The position numbers and the translations under genes are program-made. This document shows, piece after piece, positions 59,826-64,000 of a stretch of DNA of 64,000 bases (position 1 is the stretch's first letter; each line of letters opens with the position of its first letter). The notes under the pieces were generated by a model. The model was not told where the DNA came from. It searched no databases and saw nothing but the letters and a program-made list of their open reading frames with translations. Origin of the DNA: an uncultured Rhizobiaceae bacterium. Lineage in GTDB: Bacteria > Pseudomonadota > Alphaproteobacteria > UBA828. The stretch spans positions 1,365 to 65,364 of the forward strand of contig CAZUXZ010000135.1 in NCBI GenBank assembly GCA_964624055.1. The letters run 5' to 3'.

Positions 59826-60479
59826 ATGCCTGAAGTGATGATCAACGGGCCAGAAGGCCGACTTGAGGGACGCTATCATCACGCCGAGGAACCGAACGCG
59901 CCAATTGCTCTGGTTCTCCAGCCCCATCCGCAACATGGGGGCACGATGAATAATAAGCTCGTCTACACGGTCTTCCATATCTTTAAAGAGCGGGGCTTCT
60001 CTGTCCTTCGCTTTAATTTTCGTGGGGTTGGGCGGTCTCAAGGGCGTTTTGATAATGGTCTAGGCGAGTTGAGCGACGCTGCGGCAGCTCTAGATTGGAT
60101 GCAGAACGTTAATTCCAACGCCAAATTTTGTTGGATCAGCGGTTTTTCCTTCGGTGCCTGGATCGCCATGCAGGTTCTGATGCGCCGGCCAGAGATCTAC
60201 AGCTTTATCGCGGTCGCGCCGCCGGCGAACATGTTCGATTTCACATTCCTTGCGCCATGCCCATCTTCCGGACTGATCGTGCATGGCGCGCGCGACGAAC
60301 TAGTACCCGAATCGGACGTCGCTACACTGGCGCAAAAGCTGCAAAGCCAGCGGCATATCGAAATTGACTACCGAGTCATCAAAGGTGCCAATCACCTGTT
60401 CGAAGAGAAAACAGAAATTCTCGGGAAAATCATTGAATCCTATCTCGACGACAGCATAGCGACGGCGGAATCTGCCTAG
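59826..60479 (+). CDS. Alpha/beta-fold hydrolase (COG2945-like)
   Basis: 217 aa. Nucleophile elbow GFSFGAW. C-terminal Asp/His (DELVP...NHLF). Confidence 0.7.
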   Translation: MPEVMINGPEGRLEGRYHHAEEPNAPIALVLQPHPQHGGTMNNKLVYTVFHIFKERGFSVLRFNFRGVGRSQGRFDNGLGELSDAAAALDWMQNVNSNAKFCWISGFSFGAWIAMQVLMRRPEIYSFIAVAPPANMFDFTFLAPCPSSGLIVHGARDELVPESDVATLAQKLQSQRHIEIDYRVIKGANHLFEEKTEILGKIIESYLDDSIATAESA

Positions 60480-60486
60480 TTCTTCG

Positions 60487-61593
60487 TTACTTAGACCGGT
60501 GAAGAACGCCGCCCGTGCGAGGACGATCTATTCCGGTAGTCTCGGGTACACTGAGTGCCATGCCTAGTAGAGAGCGCAGTGCCAAATAAGCAAATGCTTC
60601 TGCCTCAAGCGCATCACCTCGCCATCCCAAAAATTCGACTGGATCCACTGGGATACGAGTAAATTTTGCGAGCGCGGTCATCAAAGTCGGATTATGCCTA
60701 CCACCACCGGTAACAAACAGCCGACGCACCGGCATAGGGCAGCCTCGAAGACTTTCCGCCACCGTCTGCGCTGTAAACGCAACAAGAGTCGCTGCGCCGT
60801 CTGCATCAGAAAGCTTTGAAAGAGGAGCGTTGTCAAATGCATTGCGGTCGAGCGATTTGGGCGGCGGCACCAAAAAATAGGGATGCCGCATTAGCGCGGC
60901 GAGCGCCGCAGCGTTAGCTTGGCCCGCTTCTGCCAGACCACCATCCCTGTCGAATGTGGCGCCTGTCCGGGCCAACAACCAGTCGTCTATCATGGCACAG
61001 CCAGGTCCGGTGTCGAAAGCAATGAGCTTACCGTCCTCACCGATCCAAGTAACGTTCGCTACGCCTCCCAGATTGAGGAAAGCTACCGGTGGCGATACGG
61101 CTTTTCCAGCGGATTTTGCTAGAGCGCTATGGTAGAGCGGCACGAGGGGCGCCCCCTGCCCTCCCGCTGCAATATCGGCAGAGCGGAAATCGCTCACCAC
61201 ATCTATTGCCAGACGGTATGCCAACAATTCACCGTCGCCGATTTGTTGAGTGATACCGTTCGATGGGTCGTGCCAAATCGTATGGCCATGAAACCCCACC
61301 AGCCGAACCGACTTCGCCCCTAGGCCGGCATCGTCCAACAATACTTGCGCCGCGACGGCGTGCGCCTCTGTCAAAGCATTTTCAATCTCAGCTATACCTG
61401 CGCGCTCACCATCCATCAACCGACGCAGGGAGCGGCGCATCTCCGTATCGTAGGGAATTGTGCACCATGGGCCATGTTCAAATATTCGCTCACCATCGGT
61501 CTTTAACAAAGCCGCATCGATCCCGTCGAGCGACGTCCCGCTCATCAGACCGAGAACCCAAACCGCTTCCCCGCCCCATGCTGCCTCGACCAT
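60487..61593 (-). CDS. anmK: Anhydro-N-acetylmuramic acid kinase
   Basis: [17 protein letters not shown]-terminal ATPase motif. 368 aa. Confidence 0.85.
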   Translation of the reverse strand: MVEAAWGGEAVWVLGLMSGTSLDGIDAALLKTDGERIFEHGPWCTIPYDTEMRRSLRRLMDGERAGIAEIENALTEAHAVAAQVLLDDAGLGAKSVRLVGFHGHTIWHDPSNGITQQIGDGELLAYRLAIDVVSDFRSADIAAGGQGAPLVPLYHSALAKSAGKAVSPPVAFLNLGGVANVTWIGEDGKLIAFDTGPGCAMIDDWLLARTGATFDRDGGLAEAGQANAAALAALMRHPYFLVPPPKSLDRNAFDNAPLSKLSDADGAATLVAFTAQTVAESLRGCPMPVRRLFVTGGGRHNPTLMTALAKFTRIPVDPVEFLGWRGDALEAEAFAYLALRSLLGMALSVPETTGIDRPRTGGVLHRSK

Positions 61594-61629
61594 CAGAAAA
61601 TCATCGCCACAGTTGATTGTCCGTCCATC

Positions 61630-62949
61630 TTGACCGTGTTACATCACGCTAACCCGATCATCCAGGCTTCTTTAAGGTACGGACCACCGCCCATCATGCC
61701 TGAATTAAAATCCGACTTTATGCGCGCGCTGCAGGAACGGGGATTCGTTCACCAATGCACAGACGTGGAGGGTCTCGACCGCCTTGCCGCGGACGGTCCC
61801 ATTACCGCATATATCGGCTTCGACTGCACCGCCGACGCTCTACATGTCGGCAGTCTGGTGCAAATCATGCTGTTACGCTGGTTGCAGCGCTCAGGGCACA
61901 AACCGATCGTACTGATGGGCGGCGGCACAACCAAGATCGGCGATCCATCAGGACGCGATGAATCGCGTAAACTGCTAACCGATGAAAAGATTGTTGCGAA
62001 CAAGGCTGGCATTCAGCGTTGTTTTTCGCGGTTTTTGAAGTTCGGTGGCGGTCCCAGCGACGCTATCATGGTGGACAACACGGATTGGCTTGAAAGGCTA
62101 GAATATATTTCCTTTTTGCGCGACGTCGGCAGCCACTTCTCTCTTAACCGCATGCTGAAATTTGATTCTGTCCGTATGCGGCTTGAACGTGAGCAGCCCA
62201 TGACCTTCCTCGAATTTAATTATATGATCCTGCAGGCCTATGACTTCATGGAATTGTCCCGGCGGGAAAATTGCGTGCTACAGATGGGCGGGTCAGATCA
62301 ATGGGGAAATATTATCAATGGTGTGGAATTAACTCGGCGAATTGATGGGAACTCCCTGTACGGCCTGACATCACCGCTCATTACCGTAGCTTCTGGTGCA
62401 AAAATGGGTAAAACCGCCCGGGGGGCAGTATGGATTGATGAGCAAAAGCTCAGTCCTTACGATTATTGGCAATTCTGGCGGAATACAGACGACAAGGATG
62501 TATGCAGATTTCTGAGCCTATTCAGCGAATTGCCGCTGGAGGAAATTCGAAAATTTGAATCCGCTGAAGGGGAAGACCTCAATTCCGCGAAGAAACTGCT
62601 CGCAAACCTCGCAACGGAAATGTGCCACGGCAAAGAAGCGGCACTCGATGCGGCCGATACCGCGCGCCAAACTTTTGAAGGTGGCGGGGCTGGAAGCGGT
62701 CTGCCGGAAGTCAGTGCAGCCAAGGCGGATCTGGCGGCCGGAGTTCCCGCATTCAGATTGGTTCACGAGGCTGGCCTATGTGATTCGCGCGGAGAAGCCC
62801 GGCGTCTGATCAGGGGTGGCGGCATGCGGGTAAACGACACGGTGGTAACGGAAGAAGATTTTGCCGTATCTCTGGCTAATTGTAATGCGGATGGTCTAAT
62901 TAAATTGTCTGCTGGAAAAAAACGGCACATTCTGGTGAGGCCAAGCTAG
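61630..62949 (+). CDS. tyrS: Tyrosine--tRNA ligase
   Basis: HIGH-type motif region [19 protein letters not shown]-type [10 protein letters not shown]-terminal S4-like domain. Start probably at the internal MPELK (~61696). Confidence 0.9.
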   Translation: MTVLHHANPIIQASLRYGPPPIMPELKSDFMRALQERGFVHQCTDVEGLDRLAADGPITAYIGFDCTADALHVGSLVQIMLLRWLQRSGHKPIVLMGGGTTKIGDPSGRDESRKLLTDEKIVANKAGIQRCFSRFLKFGGGPSDAIMVDNTDWLERLEYISFLRDVGSHFSLNRMLKFDSVRMRLEREQPMTFLEFNYMILQAYDFMELSRRENCVLQMGGSDQWGNIINGVELTRRIDGNSLYGLTSPLITVASGAKMGKTARGAVWIDEQKLSPYDYWQFWRNTDDKDVCRFLSLFSELPLEEIRKFESAEGEDLNSAKKLLANLATEMCHGKEAALDAADTARQTFEGGGAGSGLPEVSAAKADLAAGVPAFRLVHEAGLCDSRGEARRLIRGGGMRVNDTVVTEEDFAVSLANCNADGLIKLSAGKKRHILVRPS

Positions 62950-63203
62950 ACATTTCTAGATCTACACTCAGACCTCGGTTGTCACCGTCCACTCTTCAAA
63001 GAATACGGTCTAAACCACAGCCGATAGGGAAGCCAACCACAGATCCCGCCACGCATCTGTAGATTAAGTCAACGCAAAGGAAAATGTCCAAATTCCGCGC
63101 TTTCAAAACAAGGTATTCGGAAACCGCGGATGGCAGTTGTTACAACACCAATATCCGATGTCGGCCCGTCGATGACCTTTTAAGCCAATTGACTGATGGC
63201 GTG

Positions 63204-63584
63204 CTACTCCGGCCGCCAAGGCTCGTAATCCCCGGTGGCCTTGTCCCGATGACCGCTCTCAAGAATGTGACCCGGCGGACGATAGGCGGCCGAAGTTCCT
63301 GTCAAGTTGGCCAGATGTGGCTTTTCCCAGGACTTAACCTCCACTGGCTCTATGGCCGGCAAAACATTAACGATGTGGTGCAACCAGGCATGCCATGAAG
63401 GCGGCACACTGGACGCCTCCGCTTCCCGCTTATAGAGCACCCAGCGTTTCTCCCGGCGTCCTGCTGGACTGCGTTTATCGCGATAGTATCGATTGTCAAA
63501 CTCGTCCGTCCCGACGAATTCTCCCCTGAACATGGTAAATATCCGGGTGCCGATCGTAGCCATCATCAATCTCCGAGCGCGCAT
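63204..63584 (-). CDS. NDUFA12-family (NADH:ubiquinone oxidoreductase 17.2-kDa subunit-like) protein
   Basis: FVGTDEFDNRYY...WHAWLHH...YEPWRP are NDUFA12-family hallmarks (alphaproteobacterial/mitochondrial). Start probably MATIGTRI. Confidence 0.65.
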   Translation of the reverse strand: MRARRLMMATIGTRIFTMFRGEFVGTDEFDNRYYRDKRSPAGRREKRWVLYKREAEASSVPPSWHAWLHHIVNVLPAIEPVEVKSWEKPHLANLTGTSAAYRPPGHILESGHRDKATGDYEPWRPE

Positions 63585-63874
63585 TTAATATGTATTCATG
63601 CTGCTGCGCATTGGTTTTGGTGCGCGTAAGATTTATGCACGATGTGCCCTACTCCGTCCAGAACTCTGATGCGGAAACTCGGCTTGGCCCAAACGATAAA
63701 CGAGTTTTTCTAAAAAACTTTTTTTAAACCGCTGTATAATTTTCCCCAGAAGTTTAGACTTTACTTTAAGCTTGTTCCACATATGTAATTATAATTAACA
63801 TTTGATAGATATTATAAATAACTGAAATATATACTTAATAATTCGATTATATATTTTTGAATTTAATCACAGTT

Positions 63875-63883
63875 TTATCCACA
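63875..63883 (+). promoter_or_regulatory. Perfect consensus DnaA box TTATCCACA inside a very AT-rich region
   Basis: Exact 9-mer match. The surrounding ~250 bp (63700..63950) is far below the window's GC and also carries TGTATAAT (-10-like) at ~63733. Confidence 0.4.
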
Positions 63884-64000
63884 GGGCTTCCAACACAGCA
63901 TATTGTGTTAATTGTTTCCATGCCCCCAAAATCTTGTTGCCATCTGAATCTGTACGGCGTAACGTGAATTTCTAACAAGATGTTGAGTTTGCTAGCCGCT

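Overview
Across 64 kb, this window reads as chromosomal sequence of a roughly 55% GC proteobacterium. The NDUFA12-like gene, the glnB-glnA pair and the sufBCDS-sufT-sufA operon layout are most typical of Alphaproteobacteria. Housekeeping genes dominate the ends of the window: a split transketolase, glnB-glnA, a full suf Fe-S operon with an Rrf2 regulator, a second Rrf2-cysteine desulfurase-ferredoxin-TenA module, cysE, mnmA, anmK, tyrS, tRNA-His and tRNA-Met(CAU). Two accessory loci stand out. (1) At 15.8-31.6 kb, about 20 co-directional minus-strand genes with overlapping stops and starts form an aryl-polyene (APE/xanthomonadin/flexirubin-type) lipid biosynthetic cluster: two active ketosynthases plus a chain-length-factor-like KS, a ketoreductase, hotdog dehydratases, two ACPs, an AMP-ligase fused to a dehydratase, a thioesterase, a GT2 glycosyltransferase, LpxL- and PlsC-type acyltransferases, a LolA-like protein, an MMPL exporter, a DUF3261 lipoprotein, a flavin-dependent halogenase (WYWLIP motif) and a terminal Sfp-type PPTase. 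A BON lipoprotein and a PagL-like outer-membrane deacylase lie divergently beside it. (2) At 4.4-13.8 kb a urtABCDE/fmdDEF-like amide ABC transporter sits directly upstream of a small+large two-subunit N,N-dimethylformamidase-like amidase. Immediately downstream is a Rieske-oxygenase alpha-subunit paralog that appears to have lost both its Rieske and its catalytic-iron ligands. Other points: a canonical Rieske oxygenase-SDR operon opposite acetoacetyl-CoA synthetase; a low-GC, rare-codon luciferase-like monooxygenase gene beside tRNA-Met, probably horizontally acquired; and a very AT-rich terminal region carrying a perfect DnaA box. I found no CRISPR arrays, transposases, integrases or phage genes. 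Coordinates I located by hand-counting nucleotides, rather than taking them from the ORF track, may be off by 1-2 nt.
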